A stretch of DNA of 64,000 bases. Source: Camelus dromedarius. Lineage: Eukaryota. Below the pieces are notes generated by a model. That model did no database searches. It was not told the DNA's origin and worked only from the letters and a program-made list of their open reading frames with translations. A program made the translations under genes and the position numbers. The stretch spans positions 108,006,001-108,070,000 of the forward strand of contig NC_087437.1 of the NCBI RefSeq assembly GCF_036321535.1. The letters run 5' to 3'. This document shows positions 25,446 to 39,589 of this stretch, piece by piece (position 1 is the stretch's first letter; each line of letters begins with the position of its first letter).

Positions 25446-26299
25446 ATGTGAATGAACACGATTGCCTTTCCTAGTGACTCTCATGTAGTACACACACTCA
25501 GTCAATGTCTGTGCCCTCTTGGGTTTATTGTTTTGTTTTGCATTTTGGGATTTTTTTTTTTTAACCTTCGTCATTCAGAAACCACATTAGGTGAAAAATG
25601 TCAAGTTCTCTAGGAAAAATAAAAGACTATTCTTAAGTGTGTGAACTTCAAATTTTAATTTAGGCTGAGATGTAAAAAGTTGTATTGATGTATTTTATCC
25701 CACAAGAATATTTCAATTTTGAAAGAGAAATAGTTAATATAAATGTTAATCCAAGATATTCCAGGGCTCCTTAGGAATATTCCAAGAAAAGGAATTTCCC
25801 CAAGGTAAGGACCATGCCCAGAGCACTGTGTGGACAGCAGTGTGGAATAGGATGGTGGGGAGTGGTGGGCATTCTGATCTAATGGAAACATGTGAACAGC
25901 AATGAGGCAAGGCAAGTGAAGGTTAGGCTTTGAAAGCCAAATCTTGCACAAAATAAAATAATAATAATGGTTGGCCTACATGAACTTCTGTACTTTTCAA
26001 ATAAGGCAAACGAGGTCTCCTTTTTGGGAGCATCCATTTTTGTTTAAGATGTGGGAGAGTGGGAGCAAGAAATGCATCACATTCCTATGAGAATAATACA
26101 TACATTGAGGAATAGAATGAGACATTAACTTAAAAATTAGCACAAGACCTTAGAAATTTGTAGCAGGCTGCTAAGCTTTTCACCTCCCAGTCTCTGGGAA
26201 TAACCAATTACTCCTCTGTTTTTTACATCATGATGAAAAATGTAAAGCAACTTTTGTCTACTTCAGGTTTCCTGAATATGTTAGTATCTGATCTACCGT

Positions 26300-26425
26300 A
26301 ACATTTATAGAAGGCCAGTAAATCATCATCCCTGTTCCACAAATGAAGAAATGAAGGATTACAGGGTTAAAATAAATTTTCCAGGCTTGTGTAACCAGCT
26401 AGTCACAGTGGGGACTTGTCAGCCG
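26300..26425 (-). mobile_element. MIR SINE fragment
   Basis: atcatccctgttccacaaatgaagaaatgaagg...gggttaaaataaattttccagg. Confidence 0.65.
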
Positions 26426-27491
26426 AGGGAGGCTGACATGGGGTTCTAGGAGGTGAGCGGCCCAAATGAAAAAATGCACGAGGTGTTGCCATACCACTGG
26501 ACAGACTTCAGCCAGAGATACCCTGGGGTTAACAACACTTTATTGCCACAGGGAGGTGCGTGCCTATGATGCACCTGTCCTGCTTTCATGTGTTTTCCTG
26601 TCAGCACATGCGCGGTCTGAGTTTCTTTGTTCATTAGGCTTACAGAATATCTCTAGCACATGCGTACTTCTATTTTCTTTGTTCTAAAGCTTATATAATT
26701 GATGCATGCATTGGAGCAATTATTTACTGCACACTACAAATGTGCTCTGTAGTCGTGGCCTTGGGTCCCACGGCCTTAACTTATCTCAAGGCCAGCTCAC
26801 AGGACTTTAGTAAACTTTGCTTTTCCCAAAATGCTATATTATGTTAAGTAAATAAATTTTCAGGCGAAAATGACATGTCATGTGAGCATTTAAAATAGTG
26901 AAGGACCCCCCCCACCACCACACCACCATGCCACACACTCCGTGACAGAAGGAGGAAACATTTGAGCACTTGACATTGTCCTGGTGAGAAATGGTAACGG
27001 TTGGACTGGTGTAGAATTAGATCCCTTTATAGTAAGAGGCTAAATTAACTTTAGAAATTTTACTTTCTTTGGTAATGAAGTGACTACCTAGGTCATTATT
27101 AAGTGCTTATAAGGTATATGTGTATAAGTCACATGGTTACTTCCAAAGATAGATAACTCATGACAGTGAAAAGCTGTGGAGAGACAAATAAGCCAACATT
27201 TTTAAGCTTTAACTCATTTGTAAAGGTACGAAGCCTCCAATTTATTTTGATATAATCAGTGGTGAAAGTAATGCCATCAAGCATTAGTGGAGGCTTTTAA
27301 CTGGAGTCATGTGCTGTGTAGAGATGTTGGACAGAGTTGAAAGGATCAGAATGTTGGAGGATATAAAAAAAAAAATGGCAAATGCTCAGTTGCTCTTGTA
27401 AGAGATTTTAAATTAAAGCAGCAGACTCTTTAAAGCATCACACAATGGGTAGAAGAAAAACGAAAGCTAATTAACCTGAATTCTTTTTTAG

Positions 27492-27663
27492 CCATACAGC
27501 TTTGTAATAATCTTCCATGGAGTTCATGACCAGGGGATTACTAGATCTTGAGAATTTTGGAGAAGGAGTCAAAGCGGGAGCCAAAGCAGCCATGTGAAAC
27601 TCCCCTGGCCTGCCTGGGCATGTCTGAGCCCGACCTACACTTCTGAACCAGATTTAGAAATAG
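27492..27663 (+). other. Candidate exon containing a 26-codon small ORF
   Basis: ttcttttttag| acceptor, TAG|gtaaga donor; small ORF at 27517-27597, MEFMTRGLLDLENFGEGVKAGAKAAM*. Confidence 0.25.
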
Positions 27664-27926
27664 GTAAGAAAATAAAGTGTTGTGTATACATATTGATGCT
27701 AAAACAATATGTTTATATGTATGTTGTAAGAATATGAAATAATATGTATTAATCATAATAGTTTGACAGCCCATTTCAAAAGGCTTAAAATATTTACACC
27801 ATTTAATCCAGCTTTTCATGTCTACCAATTCATATTAAAGACATTATCAGAAAGAAATGTGAGTATTTATTGACATAGTTTATTACATGTATAATAGCAA
27901 AACATTACTATAATCCATAATCTTAA

Positions 27927-28275
27927 ATTTTTTAATTGAGGTGGAATTGAAATAATATATTAGTTTCAGGTGTATGACATAATAATTTAATATTTTTAAA
28001 TATTGCAAAATGATCACCACCATAAGTCTGATTAATATGCATCTCCATACATAGTTACAAATTCTTTTTCATGTGATGAGAATTTAAGATTTACTCTGTT
28101 AGCAACATTCAAATATGCAATAGAGCATTATTAACTATAGTCACCTTGCTGTATATTACATTCCCCAGACATTTACTTTATAACTGGAAATGTGTACATT
28201 TTGAAACCTTTCACTCATTTCACAACCACTCCCCGAACCCACCTCCGGCAACCACTAATCTGTTCTCTTTCTCCA
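27927..28275 (-). mobile_element. L1MA9-like laurasiatherian L1 3' end
   Basis: ttagtttcaggtgtatgacataata...tttaagatttactctgttagcaac...ttaactatagtcacc...ggcaaccactaatctgttctct. Confidence 0.85.
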
Positions 28276-28299
28276 CAAACACATTTTTTCCAATAATTT

Positions 28300-28640
28300 T
28301 AATTTTCAGTAATAGAGAAATGGTGAAATAAATCATGGAATATTTGTAAAATACAATGTGTACAGACATGAGAATTCATGCATTAGAAGAATATTTAATG
28401 ACACAGGTGTAGAATAACAGCAAAGCGTTTACAAATAGTCACATGTACCAATTGATAATATATAAGTATATTTACATAATTTATAGACATATTATGTATT
28501 TATTTATAGAAAGACTGGTGAGAAATACTCTCCAAATTTTAGGTTATATTATCTAAATGGTGGAGTTATGTGTACTTTTTCTGTTTTTGCTAGCAGAATT
28601 TTGCCATTTCTTATAAGATTCTTTTTCTACTATATTAAAA
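28300..28640 (+). mobile_element. L1ME 3' end fragment
   Basis: tagagaaatggtgaaataaatcatggaatat...gaaagactggtgagaaatac. Confidence 0.5.
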
Positions 28641-30959
28641 TTTTGTTTCTAAATATCAACATTTGGGGTAAAGAGAGCCATGTTAAAATGAGTTCAAAGT
28701 ATCACAAATATAAGAAATATATCTTTAATGCAGCCTAAAACTAAGCTCTTAAAGTTCATTAACTGGGGGACATCAGCAAGCTTATTATGTTTCCTTAAGC
28801 TGCAAAGTGTACAAGCTCAAGTCTCTGTTCCTACTGTGCTTTTATTAAAATATTCTCTTTGATGTTCTTATTTAATATATCAATTTTCTTCTAATAAATG
28901 TGTGTACCCACCGACACATTTTCATGCATTGGCACGTGGTATTTCTAACTCTAAAGCTGAAATGAACACAGTGACTGAGACTTGCCCAAGCAAGTAATTC
29001 GAGTCTCACGCGGTGGCTGTGGTCTCTGTTACTAAGGATCTTTTGGAATGATTCCCATCAGCAGTATATGATTGCGCACATTTTACTTTAACCTCATCAA
29101 CACCAGAAATTGTCTGGTAATATTGTTTTTTAATTACAAAATATACTTAGTGAAGTAATTTTGAAAAATAGGAGTGCATTTTTAAAAGGGAAAATCCTAC
29201 CATTGAGAGATAAGCCTCGCTATTATTTTTTGAAAAAAGAGCAGAATAGGAAAAGCAACTCAAAGTAAGGACAACTTTGGGTTTAATTTAAGAATATGTA
29301 TGAGAGAAAGGGAGAGAGAGGTGGGGGTGCAGGGAGGAATGGAGAAAGAAGACAGGGGAAGGGAGGGAGAAGACAGAGACTTCTTTGGTTGATTGATAAT
29401 TCACAAAACAACCTATCCTAAGAGGACAACAGCTGCTCAGTTGGATATGTAGCAAAACAGACAGTTACAAAATCCAGTGGAACACAATATACAGCACTCT
29501 GGCCAGCTTCTCTGTCTGATGATCCTATGAGCTCTTGAAGAGAGAAGACCAAGGAAAGAGGAAACCCCGCTTAATGACTGCTTTCCAATGACTTGAGTGA
29601 ATAGAATGGGGCAAATGCCAAAGTCAAACCTGGTCTTGCATTTTTTTTTTCCCTTGTGCCAAACATTGGTGTGAGAGTCAGCTACACCAGAAGAGAGCAG
29701 GGACTTCTTTAAGGAATGACAATGTTGGTCTTCTCCTTCCTCCTTTAACATTTCTGATTCTAGCAAATGGCTTCCTTCATTGTATTCTTACATCAGATAT
29801 ATTTTAAAGTATATAAGATATACAAATTATTAATACAAATATGAAGTGCTTACTCATGTAGTTTATGGTGTTGAGATGCTAAAATGATAGTTAATGTCCA
29901 TTTCACTTGTACTGAATTGAGTTTGGGTCCTGACTAAAGATCTAGAGGGACAACAAGATCTTACACTACTAAGGAAAATAATTACAGAAGTAGAATCTCT
30001 AAGTAAAGCAATATATTTACTGATTATCTCAGTAGTATTGTTCTTATATAAAATTTAGAAATTCATTATCAATACCTGTTGATAATATTTACATCATGGC
30101 TATAAATATGAAGTGTAAGTCAAGGTGCTGCTTCAATTTGAATATATGAGATGAAAATTTGACTTAATGTTAATGGACTTTGAAATTTGAACCCATTTAA
30201 ACTAAAGCATCACTAGGGCTTAGCACTGGTCAAGAAAAGAAAATTGATGCTTTGACAGTGTCTTGATTATTTGAACTTGACTCTAAAAAGTAATTTTTTA
30301 AGAAATTAAGTACTCACACAAAAGCACAAGTCGAAATGTAAATGACTTTATCATTTTAAGGAAAATAAAGTAATATGCCAAACTTTTCTTGTACTTTAGT
30401 CAAACCTAAAGAGTTTAAACTTTTAATTCATCTGTTTAGTTGGACATATATTGTCTCAGTAATAATACAAAAACTGTAATAAATAATTACCCAAATACTA
30501 ATTATAGTGTACACAGATATCTATTTTATTATTTACTTAAAATGAATGTAAAATCAATCTCCTTTGATAAAACAGTACATCAATTTAATGATTGAAGAAA
30601 ATATATTTCACATTATTCAGAGCATTGATTAAAAAATGTAAGATTTTACAGTGGTTGATATAAAACAAGAAGCAGAATACTATAGTTTTGCTCACTTAAT
30701 CCACACCATCACCATCAATAAGATGTCTCTCAGGTATCGACTACCAGCCATGCCTCACCCAAGCAAGAAAACACCATAAGGTACAGTAGGCAAATTTATG
30801 GTTTAAATCAGAAAAGTGCTGAATGTTGCACTGACAAGATAGTAGGAGTCTTCAGGAAGCAAATTAAGATAATAGCATTAATATTTAAATTTTGATTCTT
30901 AACAGGCATACAGTTATTTAATTCCTGCGTTTTAGATGAACATAGTGTAATATTTAAGA

Positions 30960-31100
30960 GCAGTATTGAAGATGAAGATGATAGAGTTTGTCTCGAAGAT
31001 CTAGACATCACAGCATGTTTGGCAAGCTTAAGTAGATTTCTTCACCTCTCTGAGTTTTTGGTCCTCATTTGTAAAATGGGATGCAACAGAAATGCTTCCT
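30960..31100 (+). mobile_element. MIR SINE fragment
   Basis: cttcacctctctgagtttttggtcctcatttgtaaaatggg core. Confidence 0.75.
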
Positions 31101-31119
31101 TCAGTGTAGCTGGGTATCA

Positions 31120-31810
31120 GCAGAGGTCATGAAACGTAGAGCCTAATGGACCTTATTAAGGATTATGTGGTTTGTCCTAAAGAATGTTGCAACTTAAATA
31201 GTAACACAATCATACTCTCAGTCTTTAAAGGATCAACCTGTTTGACTGGAGTATGAAGAAGAGATTGGAAAAGGTAGAAATATCAACGGTGAGGCCAATT
31301 CAGAGGCTGTCACATCAGTATAGGTGACAGAATTTTATTGCTTGAGCTAGATGGTGGCAATAGAGAAGGAGATAAATAAATAGATTCCAGAGGGATTGAC
31401 AGGAAAAAAATGTCAGAATTATTGATGAGTGTAAATGAGAGTGTTGTATGGACACCCAGATTTCTAACCTCAGCCGTTGGATGGGTGACTGTGCTATATA
31501 GTAAGAGTGGAAATGCAAAGGGAGAATCAGGAGAATTTGGTTTAACATTGAAGATCATGATTATGATTTTGGGTGGACTGAGTCAAACCAGCCTTTGGAA
31601 CATAGAAGTGTATGTAAGATAGCAACTGACTGTTACCAGTATGGAGTTGAGACAAGACATTCTGAAGTATGTATGCTGATGGGAAAGTCATTAGCAGGAT
31701 GCTCGAATGGGTTCTCCTTTCTCTGGGGTAAGTATCACAACCATCTGTGCAGTGGAGGGTGAAAGGAAAGAGCCTGAGGTGGAGAATCTGAGGAGAATGA
31801 ATAACTTTGC
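31120..31810 (-). mobile_element. L2 LINE fragment
   Basis: Purine-rich antisense L2 motifs (aaggatcaacctg...agaggctgt...ggtggcaatagagaaggag...cccagatttctaacc). Confidence 0.75.
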
Positions 31811-32823
31811 AATAGTTACTGTATAGTGTGGGTGACCACATTATCTAGGGTAACAGTGTGCTAAGAGTAACTGGCAACCTTCAACTTCCATTCAGAGGAA
31901 AGCTATAAACCAAAATATTTTAATTGAGGCTGGCATCCGTTCCTGGGGAACACAGAGAGCTCACGTTATTAACTAGCATTGCATTTTTGAGACTCTGGGA
32001 GTTCTCCGTGGTTAACCAGTTAAACTAAAGAAAAACCTTCTCATTCTTAGCTGAAGCTTGCTAATAGATGACATAGGTTTATACCTGAATACTCTTAATA
32101 TGGGATTACACCTGAATTGCATTCCCCCACACCCAAAATATAATAAGCTTTGTATTTGTGAGCGAAAGTGAAGCATGAATTCCTGGAATTTAAAAAAAAC
32201 AAAAAAAATATGATACCATCTGGGAAATTGAAACTATCATAGGCTGATATATATATATGTGTGGAAGGTGACAGGAGTTGGGTTAGGAGAGGGGGTGTCA
32301 GCAGTGTAGGTAAACGGGTTTGCAATCATAGTAGTTGGAGGGAAAACTGGATAGGAGCTTTGGAGTCCTGTTCTTTTCTCTTGAAGTTGCCTTGAGAAGG
32401 ATGGGAATCTCTGCAAGATGCCAGGCTCCCCAGTGTTACTGAGTAAAATGTATAGATGTATAAAGACATTAGTGCTGTAAGGAGCTTATAGAAACCATAC
32501 TAAACTGAATGGTTTCTCTTCTATAATTTTTTTTTCCTCTTAATCCCAGCACTCTTTGCATCTCAAGGATAACAGAGGAAACAAACAAACAAAACAAAGA
32601 AACAAACCAAAAAAGGAGACATCTTCCTCTCTCAGGGCAGTCTCAGGAAGCTGACAGAAGATTTTTAAATTTTTATGTGGGGGTTGTTTTTTAGAACACC
32701 ACCTAAAAAAGAGCAAGGGAAACGGGTAGAGCCAGACTTCCTATCTTCCCCAATACACTTTAACAGACAGGGTAGCTAATCCCACCCCCGGAGAGATGAG
32801 CTCAAAGGTGAAATTAACTGGAT

Positions 32824-33042
32824 TGATCTCAGCAAACTCTTTCCCTAAAGGGACAAATAGTAAATATATTAGACCTTGCAGGCCATATGGTCTCTGTTCC
32901 AACTACTCAACTCTGTTGTGTGTGAAATTAGCTATAGATGATAGAAAAACAAATAGGTGTCGGTGTGTTCCAACAAAGCTTTATTTATAAATGCAGGTGG
33001 TGGTCCAATATGGGCCTATAAACTATAACTTGCCAATTCCTG
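32824..33042 (+). mobile_element. MER58A hAT-Charlie MITE
   Basis: cagcaaactctttccctaaaggg...gcaggccatatggtctctgttccaactactcaactctg...gtgttccaacaaagctttatttat...ttgccaattcctg. Confidence 0.9.
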
Positions 33043-33049
33043 ATCACTA

Positions 33050-34880
33050 TAAAAGAAAGTATACAAAATTGTACACCCTACACCACCTAAGGCAGAACTA
33101 TTGAAAGAACTATGGTCCAAAATTTCTCTACAAGATATAACCTATTCTCAAGAGACGATGAAAAATGTTGACAATAATGAATCAAGCACAAGAACTTGTA
33201 AAAAAGTAAAAGTTGACATATTAGATATGAGTTAAACAAGCATTTGAATAAAAACTCAGTAAATGGAATAAGTAGCAGGATGTATGCAGCTTAATAAACT
33301 AGTGCACTGGAATATCAGATAGTGAAACTCTCCCCGAAAGATAGAGAGAGGATAAAGAAAAAGAAACCATACCAAAAAAAAAAAAAAAAAAAAGTAACAG
33401 AGGTTGCAGATAGTAGTAGACATGTCAATATCTTAGTAATAGGGTACCAGAGAGCTGAGGGGAAAGTACTGGAAGAGGAAAATATTTTAGGAAATAATAT
33501 CACATTCTGGAATTAAAGGAAAAGGAAAGACTGCAGGTTGAAAGGCATCATAGATTGCTGAGAGGGTAAGGTAAAAGCCCATACTGAATACGTAAAGAAA
33601 TTTAAGAACATAAATCAAAAGAAAAATTTACAGCTTACCAAAATAAAAAAAAAAAAAAACCAAACCACTAATAAAGGTAGAAGAATCAGATAAACAACAC
33701 ACTTCTTACAAGAAATCAAAATGTATACAGTCAATAATGTAGTATTTTTCCCACGTTGAAGGAAAAGAATGTTAAATCTAAATTTTATGTGTAGCCAAAC
33801 TGTCACTTAAAAGTCAGTGTAATCTAAATTAGCTAAACATTCAAACTAAATTAAAAAAAAACAGCAAAGAAAGGCAAGAGCTTTTAAAAGCAGAAAGGAA
33901 AATAATAAGGAAAGGGACAGAAATAAAAAATGCAATAGTAATTGACTAAAAATTATAAACATAAGTATTTAAAGAAATTAATAAAATCAGTTCTGGCAAC
34001 ATGATTAAGAAAAAATAAGAGAGAATATACAAGTAAAACTACAGAATGTAAGAGGTAATTTACTAAACAATACAAAGTTTAAAATGTAATAAAAAGACAT
34101 GGTGCTGAAAAATAGAGTAATATATTTGAAAGCCTGGAAGAAATAAACACATTTCTAGATTATAAAATGACGAAATGGCACCAAAAACTTGAAAGCTTGA
34201 GTGAACAAACAGAATCAAAGAATTTTAAATAATAATTAAAAAACAAATTAATTTCTCCTTCCCTACCAAAACCCAAGATGGTTTTACTCTTGAGCTCTAC
34301 AGAATTTCAAACAATAATTAATTCTTCTATTGTACAAATCATAAATTCTGTCCAGCTTTTACTTTCAAAGAAGACAGTATAACTCTGTTTTTAAACTGGC
34401 AAATGAAATGTAAGATAAAATTCATTTAAGAATGTAAGTGCAAAATCCCAAATGGAATATTAGATAATTTAAAATGATGACATTTGTTTAAAAAAATCAA
34501 GCTTAGGTAAAAATTATCCCAACAATACAAAAACTGATCAACACTACAAAGTTCTACCAATGTAGAATCATTAATCAGTAGAACTACAGCAAGTATTTCA
34601 TATAATAGAGAAAATGCAGTAATATAAAAAAACAAAAAAACAGCATGTCCCAATCACTGGTTACTTTTTAACATAAAATATTATATGCAATAAAGAAAGC
34701 AGTGGGAGAAAAAATGGAAGTGAAAGACTTGTAAACATTATCACTTTGGCCAAAGATATTTTTATCTACATAGAAAGCCCACAGAAATTAGAGACAGATC
34801 ATTTAAAACAAGAGAATTCAACAACGTGGTTCTTTTCAAGATACATTTACAAAAATAAAGCTATCATTTTTGCACTAACA
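33050..34880 (+). mobile_element. Highly degraded L1ME ORF1/ORF2 remnant
   Basis: A-rich sense L1 motifs (gaaagactgcaggttgaaaggc, ctggcaacatgattaagaaaaa, tttatctacatagaaagccc, agagaattcaacaacgtgg). Confidence 0.65.
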
Positions 34881-37800
34881 TCTGCAAAATATCAAATGTG
34901 ACTGAATTTCCTTATTATTGTTCATGTCAAGCATCTTGGAGAAGGAACTGTTGCCTGGGTTTCGTGGTTTTCAAATTAGCAAGTTTTTCTGATTAAAAGG
35001 TCAGTGTGTTTTCGCCATTTACAAAGAATTGTATTACAGCTTATGGAAATGCATATTGTTTTAACATTTACCCAAATTGTCATTTTCAAACTTGTGAAAT
35101 TACCAGGAAATGCACCAGCTAAAAGTCAAAGGGATGACTGTTAATTTTTCTTCGTTGTTTTTGCTGAAGCATAAATGATGAAGTTGTGACAAAAGCAAGA
35201 AAATAACGTCAACCTGTGCAAACACAAAGTGAGCAGGTACAGAATAGGGTAAAACTCTCCCCAGTCTACTATGTGCTTTCTTATTCATAATAAAAGTACT
35301 CTGTGCTTCCATATTTATATAAAAATAGTTGTTTTTTTCCTGGGATAGTCTCTCTCCAATTTAACTCTAATAGTGCTATGTGCCTCTTCTGTGTTTCTAG
35401 CCTCATCACTCAAATCCTGTAAAGTAATAAGCACCAAAGTCTTATGTATTGCAATTTTACTGCCATCCTTCACCAGGGAATGTCAAGAATCCTCTGACGA
35501 ACCTTGAATACTGTAGGCAAAATCCGTAGTTGTTGCATTTAAAATTGTGGATTGACACACTGACTTCTTCTGAAAGAAAATTAAGAGGAAGAAAAATATG
35601 TGATTAAAAAAATTGAATTGTGTAAAAATTCTCGACATTCAAAAAGAGTATAGCCTCCATTGCTATCGTAGATAAATACCAATAAAATAGTTTTAAGTAG
35701 TTGACTGGCAATGGATAGGAAGACTAGAAAGGACTATTGTTCAGGTTCACGTTTTCATATTTTTTTTCTTTTTAGACAATCATAATTGTCCTCACCCCCT
35801 CCCAAAGGATTTCCCATTTTAAGACTCAATATTCCATATAAGAAGTACACAGATGTAGGACCATGTTAAGTTAAAAATAAGAAATACAGAATCTGGTACA
35901 GCTGGGGATAATTAGTAAAAAAACAACTTTTTGCCAGAAAGAAAAGGAAGTTGAGTAGACAGATTTTTCTTTAGCCAGGCTTTGGAAGATCCATGGAAAT
36001 CGAACATATTTACAACCCTGCCCCTAATCTTCCACCGCATAGAATCTAGCAAAAGTAACTCCATTGTATAAAACATCTTAAAATCATTAATGCTACTATA
36101 ATTCAGTTGAGGCTCTCTTAATCAAACAGGGTTGAATCTAAAAACATTTGAGAAATCAATCATTTCTGAGGCTCTGTATATGTTTTCAAGCCAATTCTGA
36201 AGCTAGCCATGCCATTTGAAATTCCAGCGCTGTCATTTCAAATGACTATATCCTTTCTAATCTTGCATTTTCTGTACCTGAATGCTAGTGCCTGATGGTG
36301 AAAGACAAGTACTCTACCTCAGTTAATTTTTTTATAGAAGCAAATGTTCTCCTGGGTTATGAATTTAATGAGCTAATGATATTTTCCCAAAGCTGAACTT
36401 ATCAAGATTTTATCCAATTCAATAAATAGTGCTCTGAGTCAGGCCGATGGATATCAAGGGATATAGACCTTGCTAAGACCCAATTTCCAGTTTCAAGACC
36501 CTTGCAGTTTAGTTAGTAAGACACAAGCTGTACTTTTTCTTAATCATTAAAATCTTCCATGGGTTGGGAATGTAGTGCATTAGATGTTGTCTGGACTATT
36601 TTATCATCCAATGAGATACTTTACCAATTGGTGAACTGAAAATATCTCTAATTGTATATTCCTTTCTACTGCCATTGAAACAGTGTGCAGACATTGTGGA
36701 AATTAATAATCATGAGGATAACTAGTTGAACATAACTGTGTGCATATAAACCAGGTTTTTTTAAAAAAGATTTAAGTGAGTCAAAAGAAATTACACTCAG
36801 TCTTTCCATGAAGCAGAAGAAATTAAAATTGTTTTTCCAAAGCCAACTTAAGTTTATGCAGGTTTGAATGTATTTTTCATGTAATCCATTTGCTACTTGC
36901 TAAATCGCTATTGTATATTAACTCAAAAGGTTGAAATTACATTAATTTATAATGGCTAGGTGAAGAGTTTGGTTTTGGCTTTTTCCTTAAAGCTCTAACT
37001 ATATCTTAGATATTGAAACTTTAAAATCCACAGGACATTCTCATAGGTTGACTAGAGGTTAATGAATAGCTAATAAGTCTGCATTTAAGTATGAGGTCGG
37101 GAAATGTAAATTGTTTGTAGTTTCCATTTTGAATTTGACTTTTTCCTTCCTCACCTCCTTCCCTTCCTGTATACTGTTATCTCACTTACTCCTAAACACT
37201 TCCTCTAGCATTTGGATACATTCTTCCTGTTAATTTTTAATGTTGACATTAAGCCTAATCTTCGAGAATCAGAAGAATAAACAAAGATTTATATAATGTT
37301 GACTTAGTGAACTGCTTAAATATGACCTCAGGGCAGTTCAACTTTGTACTCATTTCAATAATTTAACACAGGAGCTGAAACTATTCTCAAATTCTGCATC
37401 TACAACGTTCCTGAATATTTGAACCTCCAATTTCATTTTTACAAATTTCAAAAGCATTTTTGTGTAGAACATCTTTTTGTGTAGAACAATAATTTTATTA
37501 AAACTATAAAAAATTCAATAAAATTATTGTCTTACAAATTTAAAAAAATGATTCCTTTCTCTAGCAGTGACATTGGAAACAGGCATCATTATATTCCTCT
37601 TTCTTGAAAAAATTAAAAAAGAAAATATACATCTCATTAATATTTTTTGAAATAGGATTATAGAAGTCTTTGGAGTCATACAAAGATTTGTTTAGAGCAA
37701 TTGCATTTCTTGTCAACAAACATTTAGTTGTCTACTTTGTGTAAATCAGCTTAGAAATTTCCAAACCAAGATGCTAATGTCTAAATATTCCTTTTTTGGG

Positions 37801-38714
37801 TAAATTAAAATAGTGATTTAAGAACATTTAGTTCTAAATGTTTTGATGATATCCTATAATAAAAACTCTAGAACAAACATCAAGTGTCTCTCATTCTAAC
37901 TTCCAACAGGATTACAATTGACAATTGACATTTGTTCTATTTAAAGGCCGCGGGTAGAACATTCCAACATCGAATACTGCTTACTGTTGGAAAATTCCTT
38001 TCTTTCTAATGCAGCAAGCCTTCAGCCCTGACACATGCATGGCAAAGACATCCAGGTTGCACAATGATCCAAACCCCCGCCAATTCCTTGGCCCAAGACT
38101 CCTGAAAACTTTACGTGCTCCCATGGAACTTGGCCTCCACCATGCTCTTTAAAACCACATAGTTCTGACTTAACTGCATTCCATCACTAAAGAACATCTC
38201 TGACTTTAGGTCATCACTCATCACGCAGGTCTTTTCCTTATCACCACCATTTGTCCATTTCAGGGACCCTGTGTCCTTCGGTTCCTCATTCTGTCAGGGA
38301 CAAGTTCCAGATTAACACCACTCTTAGCCCTTCAGCCCCTTGGGTCTTTGGTCTTTTTGTATGTTTATCCTCCCATCTTGAATGCCTATCTCTGTGCATC
38401 ACGTTAAAATGACTAACAGAATGTTTAAATTTCTTGCAGTGTAAATGATAATTTACCTATAACAAGTACTCATAGTTATATTTCCTCGTATTCTCTCACT
38501 TTTAAAGGGAAGGAGTTGGTCATTGTTTATAAAGAAATTGCACTGTTTCCTTAGTAAAAATCTGCTCAGGTCAATTTTAGGTCCATAACATATAATAAAT
38601 ATATGATATTGTGGTTGTGTTGTAATGACTCTTATTAGCTTTTGAAGTTGGTACTAGCAAGTCATTCTTCTTCATGGGAAAGAGTTAAAAAATAAAAACT
38701 TCGAGCGCCTTACT

Positions 38715-39201
38715 TTAGAGAAATTTTGGCCCGAAGTATTTCTCTACCTTTTATCTTGAGAGTGGGGTCTAATTCCTCTCCCCTGGAATATGGGCTGGAC
38801 TTAATGACTTGTTTGACCAATAGAATGCAGAGAAGTGACTGCCTTAGACCTCTGAGGCTAGCTCAGAAGACACCACAGAGCTTCCTCTAGATATCTTAGA
38901 ACACTGGTTCTCGGGTTTTTGAGATGTCATATAAGAAGCTGGATTGCAACCAGCTGCTGAAAAACTCATGGAGAATCCTGAGATGACCTGAAAAGAAAGA
39001 GAGAGAGATGTCCAGACAGCCTCAGCTGTTCAGCCCTTAGGAGTGAGAGTCAGCCTCGCTGAGGAGCAGACAGGAATTGTCTTTACTTAATCTTGCACAA
39101 GTTGTAGATTCATAAGCAAAATCCATGATTATTGTTATTTCAAGCCATTAAGGTTTTATTTCTAGGAGAGGGAATGTCACGCAGTAATGGATAACTGGAA
39201 T
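38715..39201 (+). mobile_element. MLT1 (G/H-like) ERVL-MaLR LTR
   Basis: gggctggacttaatgacttgtttgaccaatagaatgcagagaagtga...ttattgttatttcaagccattaag...gcagtaatggataactggaata. Confidence 0.85.
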
Positions 39202-39589
39202 ATTTTCTAACAACTCTTGGTTGGTTATACAAGCATGAAATCATGAAAGTTGTTGGAGTTTCTTTAGCCCATCTTCCCTATGTAATAATATAATCGAAGC
39301 CATCATAAAACCAAACTGTGAAGCAGGTAAAAAGACTTTTACATTATCCCAAATGCCTACACATACATTCTCCACCTCGGACACTTCCCACCTACTCTGC
39401 ACGTTAACAGGGGCTTGTTGTTCCCTATGGACTACTTCTCTTTGGCTTTTTTGAATAAACTCTGCAGGCAAGATATGTAGTCTTAAATCCATCTATTTTT
39501 TTTAATCCATTTGTAGTTGTGACTGGTAATTCCTACTTTATTATTTCTTTTAGGATGGAATCTTCTATTCCAGAATTGTCATTTTCCTT

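Noticed and set aside
31829..31881. gggtgacca...tggcaacc ends resembling hAT terminal inverted repeats
   Set aside because: Too short and degenerate, with no 8-bp TSD, to call an element
37456..37488. Short direct duplication tttttgtgtagaaca
   Set aside because: Ordinary slippage-type tandem duplication
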